A DNA stretch of 64,000 bases from Candidatus Saccharimonadales bacterium. GTDB lineage: Bacteria > Patescibacteriota > Saccharimonadia > Saccharimonadales > Saccharimonadaceae. This document shows, in pieces, positions 37,909 to 45,708 of the stretch. Within the stretch, counting starts at the first letter, position 1. Every line of letters starts with the position of its first letter. The stretch is taken from positions 36,508-100,507 of the forward strand of contig JBKECJ010000007.1 in assembly GCA_047974525.1 (NCBI GenBank), given 5' to 3'. The notes under the pieces were generated by a model. The model saw only the letters and a list, made by a program, of their open reading frames with translations. It made no database searches and was not told where the DNA came from. Both the position numbers and the translations under genes were made by a program.

Positions 37909-38514
37909 CTGTTATTACCTCCAAATTTTTAACGCACGAAAGGTCTTACGCTCTGTTGACCTCTTAGCGTCTATTTTTTATGATAAGAAAAGATAATGCA
38001 AGCAAGAGCGTTACTCGAAATTAAAAATTCTTATGTTTGTCAAGAAATCAAAAGACCTCTTGCGAGGTTGTTTGATTTTGGTCGATACCATAATACTAGC
38101 GCACTTTAAGCGTTTTGTCAACCTGCGCCCCGTGCATTTTACTTTCTTCTCCGCATCGATATAATAGATAGTGGGTGCCTTAGCATGGATTAGCAATCGC
38201 GCTCAGCGTCAACGACGCTAGTAGGTGCTGCGCGTCGATTTTATTAAATTTAATTTCAAATGGAATCTGGGAATATCTCAGATCAAAAAAGAGGATTCCA
38301 CAAATAATCTCGAGAATATTAACTTTGATCATGATAGGAGTAGTAATGGTAACATTTATAACTTCAATTAGTTCGACGTGCGGCGCTGAGCGAGATGGCT
38401 AATCCAAGAATGTTTACTCGTTTCCGCGCCCGCCGCGTGGTGGGCGCCGGCGCGCTTTAGTTCCACCACGAAGTGATATATAATGGAGATACAGCCTTGT
38501 TTGTAGGCTGCGTG

Positions 38515-38590
38515 CTAGCTTAGCTCAGTTGGTAGAGCAGAGGCTTTAAGACCCTCAGGCCATCGGTTCAAATCCAGATAGCTAGCACAT
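38515..38590 (+). tRNA. prophage-encoded tRNA-like gene with atypical anticodon/T arms (anticodon UAA if standard numbering)
   Basis: GCTAGCT-TA-GCTC-AGTTGGTA-GAGC gives canonical acceptor and D arms. The anticodon stem GAGGC/CCCTC has a C.C mismatch and the loop is TTTAAGA. The T region ATCGG-TTCAAAT(C)-CAGAT is imperfect. 3' acceptor strand AGCTAGC. Preceded by TGATATATAAT at ~38473-38481. Confidence 0.55.
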
Positions 38591-38652
38591 AATCTACAAA
38601 CTACGAATATTGGGTAAGCTCGGAAGCGGGCGCGGTTAAGATAGGAGAAGAG

Positions 38653-38922
38653 GTGAGTAAGTTCAAGGATCAGCTAGTCATGGCGTTTATTGCGAAGAAT
38701 TCTGGTGACTTTCCACAATACTACGTCACGGACGAGACGAAGCTGTATCGTATCGAAGACGAGGATTATTTGCTGGCGCAGGCGGTCGTTAGTGGGGCGG
38801 TGGACGAGGAGCGCTTCTATTTGATTGCGAAGAAGCACGTGTGCGGTACAGCTATTTTAAATATGAGCGGCGCGAGGGAAATAACTTCTGACGAAGCAAA
38901 AGAGTTATCTAGTCATGCGTGA
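38653..38922 (+). CDS. hypothetical protein, first gene of a coupled pair
   Basis: GTG start with RBS AGGAGAAGAG; 89 aa. Its stop overlaps the next start (ATGCGTGA). Confidence 0.5.
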   Translation: MSKFKDQLVMAFIAKNSGDFPQYYVTDETKLYRIEDEDYLLAQAVVSGAVDEERFYLIAKKHVCGTAILNMSGAREITSDEAKELSSHA

Positions 38923-39880
38923 TGTCGGCGGGTACCTTCAGGCATTCTCGGCGCTCGAGGCGGAAATAAATGCGCTCAGCTACTCAATTTTATTTGACGA
39001 CAACCAAATTAATACGTATTCAATGAAAATCGCCGAACTCGTCATGCGATCCGGCATTGAGCTCGAATCGGTGGCGAATGATATATTCAGGGGATGGACG
39101 AGTGAGGATGAGATAAAGAATGACGACGGGGCGGCCGAAAAATCATTCGCGTGGCTAAAGAAAAGTAGCGGATGGAAGCTTGAGCAAAAACAGATCTCAA
39201 TACTTTCTCCTTCTATGTTTTTCTCCAGAACTTTCTCTCCGTCGTTTGCTCCGTTTGGGTATAAGAAAAATTCGTCTGACGACTACTATTCTGCCTACAA
39301 TAGCATTAAGCACGACCGCGCCAAGAACTCGCATAAGGCGAACCTGAATATACTGATCCGATCTATGGGCGCGCTGTACGTTCTGCTGACATACTTTTAT
39401 GGCTCTAGGATAAATTCGACAATATTCTCGGCTAGCGTAGCCGATGCGAAGCTCAGTTTTTTGTCCGATTTTGGGATGGATTTCAGTAGCGACCTAGACA
39501 GGTCTATATTTCTTACTTTGTACGATTGGAGATACTACGACTATAAAGAGGCGCACGGCGAAACCCTGAGAGGACTTATCGAAACAATCAAGCGCAACGG
39601 ACGAGAAGACGCGGTTAGAAAAATCGCGAGGTTCCCTAGGACGTCCTACGATACGATTTTTAGATTTATCCTTAGAAACTCCTCGGAAGGAATTAGTATG
39701 CCGGAAAGAAACAAACTCGCAAGGAGTCTCCTAGCGGACGGACTGCTAAAAGAGCTCGAAATGCGAACGAAAGTAAACTACAACTACGAGCGAATTTACG
39801 CTGAGTCCGAGTCGGAGCTTGCCGACGAGAACGAAACGTATAGCCGTCGCATTTGCGATAATTTTGACGACCATATATAG
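38915..39880 (+). CDS. hypothetical protein with a possible HEPN-like R-x4-H motif; candidate abortive-infection/defence cargo
   Basis: 321 aa. Motif ...YNSIKHDRAKNSHKANL... (R-AKNS-H). The only plus-strand genes at this end of the prophage. Hairpin TAGTCGC-TGCTATT-GCGACTA downstream. Confidence 0.5.
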   Translation: MRDVGGYLQAFSALEAEINALSYSILFDDNQINTYSMKIAELVMRSGIELESVANDIFRGWTSEDEIKNDDGAAEKSFAWLKKSSGWKLEQKQISILSPSMFFSRTFSPSFAPFGYKKNSSDDYYSAYNSIKHDRAKNSHKANLNILIRSMGALYVLLTYFYGSRINSTIFSASVADAKLSFLSDFGMDFSSDLDRSIFLTLYDWRYYDYKEAHGETLRGLIETIKRNGREDAVRKIARFPRTSYDTIFRFILRNSSEGISMPERNKLARSLLADGLLKELEMRTKVNYNYERIYAESESELADENETYSRRICDNFDDHI

Positions 39881-39998
39881 AAGCTTATCGTCTGACGATC
39901 TGGCGGACGGACAGAAAAATAGTCGCTGCTATTGCGACTATCTTCCTACTCATTGTTATCGAAAAACTCTTTTCTTAAATCATAGTTTACACTAAAAA

Positions 39999-40214
39999 CT
40001 ACTTCGATTCAAACATTATCGTTTTGACAAAAGTTTTCTTCTGTCTGTCGATCTCATTGAATGCGTATCCAAGCAACATATTAACTGTCATATTTAATGA
40101 CAATGATTGCTCTTCGGATAGCTTGCTCACCCTTCCATATAGTTCTTTGTCCGTTATTCTTAGCGCAATTGGAATTGTTTTATTCGCGTCTCCAATCTGC
40201 TTAATAGCTTGCAT
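39999..40214 (-). CDS. small prophage protein (71 aa)
   Basis: Internal start MQAIKQIGDANKT... with RBS GGAGAGGAG; the longer track ORF has no RBS. Confidence 0.4.
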   Translation of the reverse strand: MQAIKQIGDANKTIPIALRITDKELYGRVSKLSEEQSLSLNMTVNMLLGYAFNEIDRQKKTFVKTIMFESK

Positions 40215-40324
40215 TTTGCGCTCCTCTCCATTTTCTTCTTTTTTTGATTGCTTTTGTAGTAGGTTCAACTTAAATATGGGCACACCTCCCATAAGCCAGA
40301 CGGACAGTAGCAAGTAATTGCGCT

Positions 40325-40594
40325 CTACAACTCGACGACTGTTACGCTATAAGCCAGATGTACGTCGGTCTCTGACTCAACTTTGATTTTAAACTCGTCG
40401 CAGAGATTTCTCACCTGCTCCAAGTTTTGGCTCGAAGTAAACCATAACTTAACTGCACCGCTCTTTTGACTGTATTCTGCAATCTCGGCGTTTTCGGCAA
40501 ACCGATTCGCTATTTCTAGCATGGTTGTATTAGCATTCACATTGATTCGTTTCAACTCTATCTGGTAGAGCGAAAAGACTTTTTGTTTTAACAT
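40325..40594 (-). CDS. small prophage protein (89 aa)
   Basis: ORF adjacent to the 71-aa gene, same strand; terminator hairpin AATGCAAC-ACTTTT-GTTGCATT then TTTT at 40671-40697 upstream. Confidence 0.4.
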   Translation of the reverse strand: MLKQKVFSLYQIELKRINVNANTTMLEIANRFAENAEIAEYSQKSGAVKLWFTSSQNLEQVRNLCDEFKIKVESETDVHLAYSVTVVEL

Positions 40595-40695
40595 TGAGTA
40601 TGTTATCGTCTGGCTTTTTAAGCTGCATAGCTTACCTGCTACTCATCTAGTATAGCGCATTTGCAATAAAAATGCAACACTTTTGTTGCATTTTC

Positions 40696-41064
40696 TTATA
40701 TTCCCATAGCCTTCCGGTACTGGTCGATCTCAAATGCCATGTACTGGTCTTCTCCGTCCTTCACGTACTCCCCATAGAGCTGCATAATCTGCCGACTTCT
40801 CGACCCAGTATGGTCTCCGCCGCCACTTATATCTGCCTGAATCAACACGAGAATCTCGAGCTTTTTCGAGATTCTTACTTGCTCTGCGCCACCAGACTCA
40901 AGCTCTCCGACCCGCGCGTCCATCGCAGCGACCCTGTAATCCACGATCCCAATGAGCAGTCCGCCTACTATACCAAGCGCAGCGGCACCTCCAGTAATTA
41001 TACCGGGGATTGTTTTGAAGAATTTTAGTATTGATTCTGACGCTTTAGACATGCTTTCCGCCAC
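40696..41064 (-). CDS. membrane protein of the lysis cassette (single TM, Gly-rich)
   Basis: 122 aa; ...FFKTIPGIITGGAAALGIVGGLLIGIVDY... hydrophobic segment. Confidence 0.4.
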   Translation of the reverse strand: MAESMSKASESILKFFKTIPGIITGGAAALGIVGGLLIGIVDYRVAAMDARVGELESGGAEQVRISKKLEILVLIQADISGGGDHTGSRSRQIMQLYGEYVKDGEDQYMAFEIDQYRKAMGI

Positions 41065-41178
41065 CTGTTTAAGTTTTATTTTGCACTCTCTTCTATCCCC
41101 TTGCCCATGCCCAGAAAACGGAAAGTCAAAGGGGCATGGGTAAGAGGATAGAGCTTCATTTAGGCGTCACTCGTAAAA

Positions 41179-41469
41179 TTACGCTTCATTGGTTTTCGCC
41201 TTGTTGTAGTTGAGCTTGAACTTATCCAGCATCTTATTGAGCGCCGCAGAGACTGCCAGAGCTACACCCATCGTCTCTAGACCATAAGACAGGTTTAGGG
41301 CGTATGCTACGCCGAGATAGGCAAGGCTTAGAATCGGAATCATGTAGGCGAAGAAAGCTAGTAGATCATAAACTACGCTAGGCAGATAAATGCCAGTCCA
41401 CCCGTCCTCCTGCGTGACGCGATCCGTCTCGCTCATTGAGTCTTCTGCGGATTTCTTTTGGTCTTCCAT
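41179..41469 (-). CDS. holin-like two-TM protein
   Basis: Start MEDQKKSAEDS... (ATG 41469, 1 nt after the endolysin stop). Two hydrophobic helices ...LLAFFAYMIPILSLAYLGVAYALNL... and ...METMGVALAVSAALN... Confidence 0.45.
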   Translation of the reverse strand: MEDQKKSAEDSMSETDRVTQEDGWTGIYLPSVVYDLLAFFAYMIPILSLAYLGVAYALNLSYGLETMGVALAVSAALNKMLDKFKLNYNKAKTNEA

Positions 41470-41470
41470 A

Positions 41471-42139
41471 TTAACCCCCAAACCCATAACCTTTGAGCTT
41501 CGCGAGCGTAATCGGCCCAATAAACCCATCAGCCTTCAGCCCAGTTCGTTTCTGGAACTCCGTGATTGAGGCTACTGCATAGGGACCATAGACGGGTCCG
41601 AGCGCCTTCGCATTGGTATATGCTGGGTAGTTCTTGCGCATGAATGCCGTAATGCGCCCGATGATGTCTCCTTTATCGTTTAGCTTCCAGTAGCCACGAG
41701 CTGGGAGTTCTGTCGTAACGTCCGCTCCGGATACTTCTAGAACCCTAACGTTTTCGACGTCTTCCGTCCATCCAAGAATGGTCGGCTTATAATCCTGAAC
41801 ACGATTCGCCCATGCCGTGTAATTTTTATACGCGACGAAGCGTCCGGTATTATTGTCGTCCGAATAAAAGACACCAGTCTTGGGGTTATATAGCATAACA
41901 TGGTCGTTCGTACTTATAGCACCATAGCGTATCCATACTGGGATTAAGACGTCTATTTTGGGCAGATCATAGATTCCGTAATGTTTGGTCTTTGAGGCGT
42001 CCCATGCGGCGCGCGCGTTTCTGTACTTAGCGTATGAATCGGATATTCCATATGCACGCCTGACATCTCGTAGGCACCATCCGAGCTGAGTCGCGATAGT
42101 TAGGTTAGCTGACCTGAGTTGTTTAATTGTCGTTATCAT
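41471..42139 (-). CDS. endolysin: CHAP/NlpC-like amidase/peptidase domain plus C-terminal peptidoglycan-binding domain
   Basis: 222 aa. N-terminal Cys (...QLGWCLRDV...) and downstream His (...NDHVMLY...) as in CHAP. C-terminal ...ITEFQKRTGLKADGFIGPITLAKLKGYGFGG is a PG_binding_1-type repeat. Confidence 0.6.
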   Translation of the reverse strand: MITTIKQLRSANLTIATQLGWCLRDVRRAYGISDSYAKYRNARAAWDASKTKHYGIYDLPKIDVLIPVWIRYGAISTNDHVMLYNPKTGVFYSDDNNTGRFVAYKNYTAWANRVQDYKPTILGWTEDVENVRVLEVSGADVTTELPARGYWKLNDKGDIIGRITAFMRKNYPAYTNAKALGPVYGPYAVASITEFQKRTGLKADGFIGPITLAKLKGYGFGG

Positions 42140-42248
42140 CGGGCTCTCCAGTCTGGTCTACGTCGGGAATTTCGATAGACTCCCCATTCGTTTGTTCGAT
42201 AGATAGTGGCTGGCTATCTGGAATTTGATTTGTAATTTCTTCGCTCAT
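42126..42248 (-). CDS. small acidic ORF (40 aa) overlapping the endolysin start
   Basis: Own translation MSEEITNQIPDSQPLSIEQTNGESIEIPDVDQTGEPDDNDN with RBS AAAGGAGATGT. Below the ORF-track length cutoff. Confidence 0.3.
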
Positions 42249-42263
42249 ACATCTCCTTTCGTT

Positions 42264-44285
42264 TTAAACTTTCGTGTAATACATCGTAAAGAATGACCTA
42301 GTGTAGGTGGTATAGGTGCCGGTTGAATCAATCACGATTTGGGTTGTATTCGCGTAGGCGTTCGTACTCGTGCCATACGGAAACGGCAAAAAGCTCGTTC
42401 CATCCGTCATGAACGATTCTAGTTTGACGACAAGATCTATGCCTGCCACGTCATGAGTTATGCGGGTAGTGCCGGTCGTGACAGCGGTAGTTTTCAGGAT
42501 AGTTTTCTTGTATATAGTTTTGCCGTCGACCCATTTGCTCGAAGTAGCTACTTCACTCGAGGCGTAGTTGAAATCTCCAATTGAATCAAAATCGATATTA
42601 TCGGCCTTCGTCATATTGAAATCGATTATTGATGCAGGCAACCATTGGTTAGAGGAATTCTTTGATATGACGCCAAGCGGTAGCTCCTTAGGCGGAAATT
42701 CACCAATTGAATCTGCATGCTGCTTCAAAGTTCCGCTTGAATCGAGCGTGAGATAACCGACGCCCCCAGCCGGAATTACTGTTGTCGTGTTAGGAATAGT
42801 TTGCTGATCAACGATAACCCACTCTCCATCGACCAGCGCGGCGCCATCGGATAAAACGAGCAAGCTCGCAGACGCGGACAGTGTGCAGCCGTAGGCTACC
42901 TTTGAGGGGCTGGGAATAAGGGCGTCAACGTATGACTTATTTGTGATGTCGCTCGCGGATGACGGGGCTGAAACTTGAGACCTTCCAGACGCGTCACGCT
43001 CGACGATAGTGCCCGCGAGCGGCGAGGAACTAATATCCGTAATAGATTGGTCGCCGGAGCTCGACACGACGTACGCCCGGTCATTCGTAGAGGCGTCCGT
43101 AATTTTATCTAGCTTTCCGGAAGAAAGTGCCGAGATGTCTGAGGTATTAGTCGAAACGGACGACTTCAGGGTGTCATAGCCGTTAACGGATCCGGTTCCG
43201 TCCGCTTCGGCGAACACTTGGCCCTCCGACGCACTGCCTTTTATTAGTCCTGGGACTGAATTTGTAAAGTTAGCGATTGGCGTTGATCCTCCGCCAGAAT
43301 TTGTGAGAATCCACTCTTCGCCAGACGAAGTTCCGTAATACCCAAAGCGCCTTTGGTTGTCGATGTCCCATAAGACCGCTCCGTTTATTACTGTTGTTTG
43401 TCCAGAAGCGGCAATCCAAGCATTAGTGATGTCTGTCTGCGTGTATATCTCCGGAACGCCATTTGCGGCGAAAGCTTCATTTTTCAACGACACTATATCA
43501 TTTTTTGCCTGCTCGAGCCCCAAGAAAGTTGCGGCATTCATCATGCCAGCTTCAGTTTCGTTAGCCGTTGGGAATACGGCTTGCGTAGAGCTTTGAGTTC
43601 CATCTGATAGATTTATCGTATCCATGTCGGCCGTTACGGCACTAGCGTCGGTCGATAGACTAAAAGTCTCAATTAGATCGTAATTCGCGTCCGTTTTATT
43701 CACGACGTCTGACGGCTTGGCAAAGCTTTCTGGATTATACCCGCTGTCTTCGGCAATTTGCCCATCACTAATGGACACAAAATTCCCAGCTACTCCCTCG
43801 ATTTCGAGGCTTCCGGGGTCTCCCTTTTCGCCTGTAATTACTTCGATCGTTATCGACTGAGAGCCGCAATCGTTGATAAACACCCTAGAGCCAACTGCCC
43901 CGTCAATAGTCGTATTGCCAGAATTAGCATTGCTCGGCCCCCCAGTAACCCCAAACTCAAGAATTGCTTTTCTAAGCGGAATGTCGTTTTCTTCAACCAC
44001 GACTATATCGGCATAATAAACGGATTCTGGGTCGAGCTGGCTTTGCTCTGCCGTAATTGGAAAAAGAACTTTTGAATTGTCTTCAGGATCTAGTTCGCCA
44101 GTAATAATAAATTTCGCACTCGTGGAGTCGCTCTCGTCGTCAAATGGAACGTCCTTGCATGTCAGCGTAATGGTCGCCCCCTCAAGACTAGTAGGCTGCC
44201 CATTCACTCTGTAATACATCAAAATAGAGTTGTAGACCCCGCGGTTTAGATTGGCGATTCTGGTAGTTCTAAGGCTTCGCGCCAT
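42264..44285 (-). CDS. tail fiber / receptor-binding protein
   Basis: 673 aa, Ser/Thr/Gly/Asn-rich with repeated beta-like segments; ends the structural module before lysis genes. Preceded by conserved late promoter/leader element (a). Confidence 0.55.
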   Translation of the reverse strand: MARSLRTTRIANLNRGVYNSILMYYRVNGQPTSLEGATITLTCKDVPFDDESDSTSAKFIITGELDPEDNSKVLFPITAEQSQLDPESVYYADIVVVEENDIPLRKAILEFGVTGGPSNANSGNTTIDGAVGSRVFINDCGSQSITIEVITGEKGDPGSLEIEGVAGNFVSISDGQIAEDSGYNPESFAKPSDVVNKTDANYDLIETFSLSTDASAVTADMDTINLSDGTQSSTQAVFPTANETEAGMMNAATFLGLEQAKNDIVSLKNEAFAANGVPEIYTQTDITNAWIAASGQTTVINGAVLWDIDNQRRFGYYGTSSGEEWILTNSGGGSTPIANFTNSVPGLIKGSASEGQVFAEADGTGSVNGYDTLKSSVSTNTSDISALSSGKLDKITDASTNDRAYVVSSSGDQSITDISSSPLAGTIVERDASGRSQVSAPSSASDITNKSYVDALIPSPSKVAYGCTLSASASLLVLSDGAALVDGEWVIVDQQTIPNTTTVIPAGGVGYLTLDSSGTLKQHADSIGEFPPKELPLGVISKNSSNQWLPASIIDFNMTKADNIDFDSIGDFNYASSEVATSSKWVDGKTIYKKTILKTTAVTTGTTRITHDVAGIDLVVKLESFMTDGTSFLPFPYGTSTNAYANTTQIVIDSTGTYTTYTRSFFTMYYTKV

Positions 44286-44327
44286 ACAATATCCTCTACA
44301 TGGCGCCTAATAACTTAATTATACCAC
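44286..44327 (-). promoter_or_regulatory. conserved late promoter/leader element, copy a
   Basis: Minus strand TGGTATAAT-TAAGT-TATTAGGCGCCATGTAGAGGA-TATTGT-ATG. Confidence 0.55.
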
Positions 44328-44328
44328 A

Positions 44329-44754
44329 TCACGATTCAAACGGCGACAAGAATGTGTTGATTTTTAGAGTTATCGTCTGACCGACATTCGTGACAGTAGC
44401 TCCATCTTGGTAGCTAATACTGTAATTTGGCTCGACGTGAATCCTCACTTGTCCCGTAGCTGGTCGATAAATATATCCAATCAAGAAATCCTCCGTAGTC
44501 TGTCCGTTGAAAGTATACGTCGCCGGAATGTTAAAGTTGGGAGTAATAACGCTTTTGCCAGGGTACTTGCTGGATGATATATTGAATCGCATGCTCGCGG
44601 ATTTTTGTCCGACAGCAGCGGTCGCCTCGAATGGAGAGATCGTGCTGCCAGCTGGTATCACGAACGTAGCGGGGATCGTCAGCGTCAACGCGCCTGAATC
44701 ATCATTTATCGTCGTAGCGTAATCGGTATTTATGTTGAATCTGCTAGGCTTCAT
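44329..44754 (-). CDS. phage tail/baseplate-associated protein
   Basis: Start MKPSRFNI (ATG 44754, 8-nt overlap with the upstream gene's stop). Confidence 0.45.
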   Translation of the reverse strand: MKPSRFNINTDYATTINDDSGALTLTIPATFVIPAGSTISPFEATAAVGQKSASMRFNISSSKYPGKSVITPNFNIPATYTFNGQTTEDFLIGYIYRPATGQVRIHVEPNYSISYQDGATVTNVGQTITLKINTFLSPFES

Positions 44755-45415
44755 CGGCGTAAATCCTGCAATAAAAATACCCACTCCCCGTCGCAAAGCT
44801 AACTTCGGAAGACGAGACATTCATAATTGAATTTGCGATACTTGAAGTGCCCAATATGTCATTATTCAGCTCTACCCATCTGTATACTCCCGAAGACACT
44901 TCGATGCGCTGCCATGCGTCCACCTGTGGCACGAATCCGAGGTTATGAGGCACGCTCACCTGTCCAGAAGTTGCGTCGGCAAAATTATCGAGATAAAGCT
45001 TCGGGTAGTTGAAATCGCTATTCAAGACAAACTTGTTCGCGCTCTTGTCTCTCGTAGGGGCTACAACTACATCTAAGGTCGTCGCCTCGTGGAAGACGCC
45101 CCAAAGTCGTAACACGAAGCTCGTGACGTTTGCCAACCCGTGGACGTAGACATTGGTTTCGTCCGATTCAACAGCGACCTGTTTCGCAATCTGCTGTATG
45201 TCGTTGACTGTTATGTTTGTAGGCCACGTAGTGTCCCAACTGTCGGACGACCAAGTGCCTTTAACGAATGGTATTGCGCCGAGTTCGTGAGGTATCGTCA
45301 GGCTGAATCCGCCCTGTGGGTTGCTTATGGTTCGTTCGTCTGGGAGCCAGATTATTTTATCCATCGGATAGTCGGAATTTATACCAAAATTGTTAATTCT
45401 AGCGGGAGCCGTCAT
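44744..45415 (-). CDS. phage tail/baseplate-associated protein
   Basis: 223 aa ORF in the tail module. Confidence 0.45.
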   Translation of the reverse strand: MTAPARINNFGINSDYPMDKIIWLPDERTISNPQGGFSLTIPHELGAIPFVKGTWSSDSWDTTWPTNITVNDIQQIAKQVAVESDETNVYVHGLANVTSFVLRLWGVFHEATTLDVVVAPTRDKSANKFVLNSDFNYPKLYLDNFADATSGQVSVPHNLGFVPQVDAWQRIEVSSGVYRWVELNNDILGTSSIANSIMNVSSSEVSFATGSGYFYCRIYADEA

Positions 45416-45708
45416 GTTGATTTTAATTCTTCAAGAACATTATAGCCGCTCTTAGCTATCCATAGTCCCGGACGCCTATCGTCTGGAGCCTGTCCGAAAA
45501 GAGCCGAAGGTAATCCGCTGGAGTCGTATACGAGCTCGCCGAAGTTTTTGTCTGGGAGCCTGCCTGAAATCAACGCGGACTGCCCGTTCCCGCCAGCGAT
45601 CCTCTTAGTAAACACTTCAGAGTCAAGCATTTGAAGGTTGCGATTTATGGCGGCAATCTGAGATGCCATATCCATATCCTCATTTAGCATCGTGAATCGA
45701 TTGGCCAT
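45412..45708 (-). CDS. small phage tail-module protein
   Basis: 98 aa; overlaps neighbours by 4 nt. Confidence 0.4.
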   Translation of the reverse strand: MANRFTMLNEDMDMASQIAAINRNLQMLDSEVFTKRIAGGNGQSALISGRLPDKNFGELVYDSSGLPSALFGQAPDDRRPGLWIAKSGYNVLEELKST

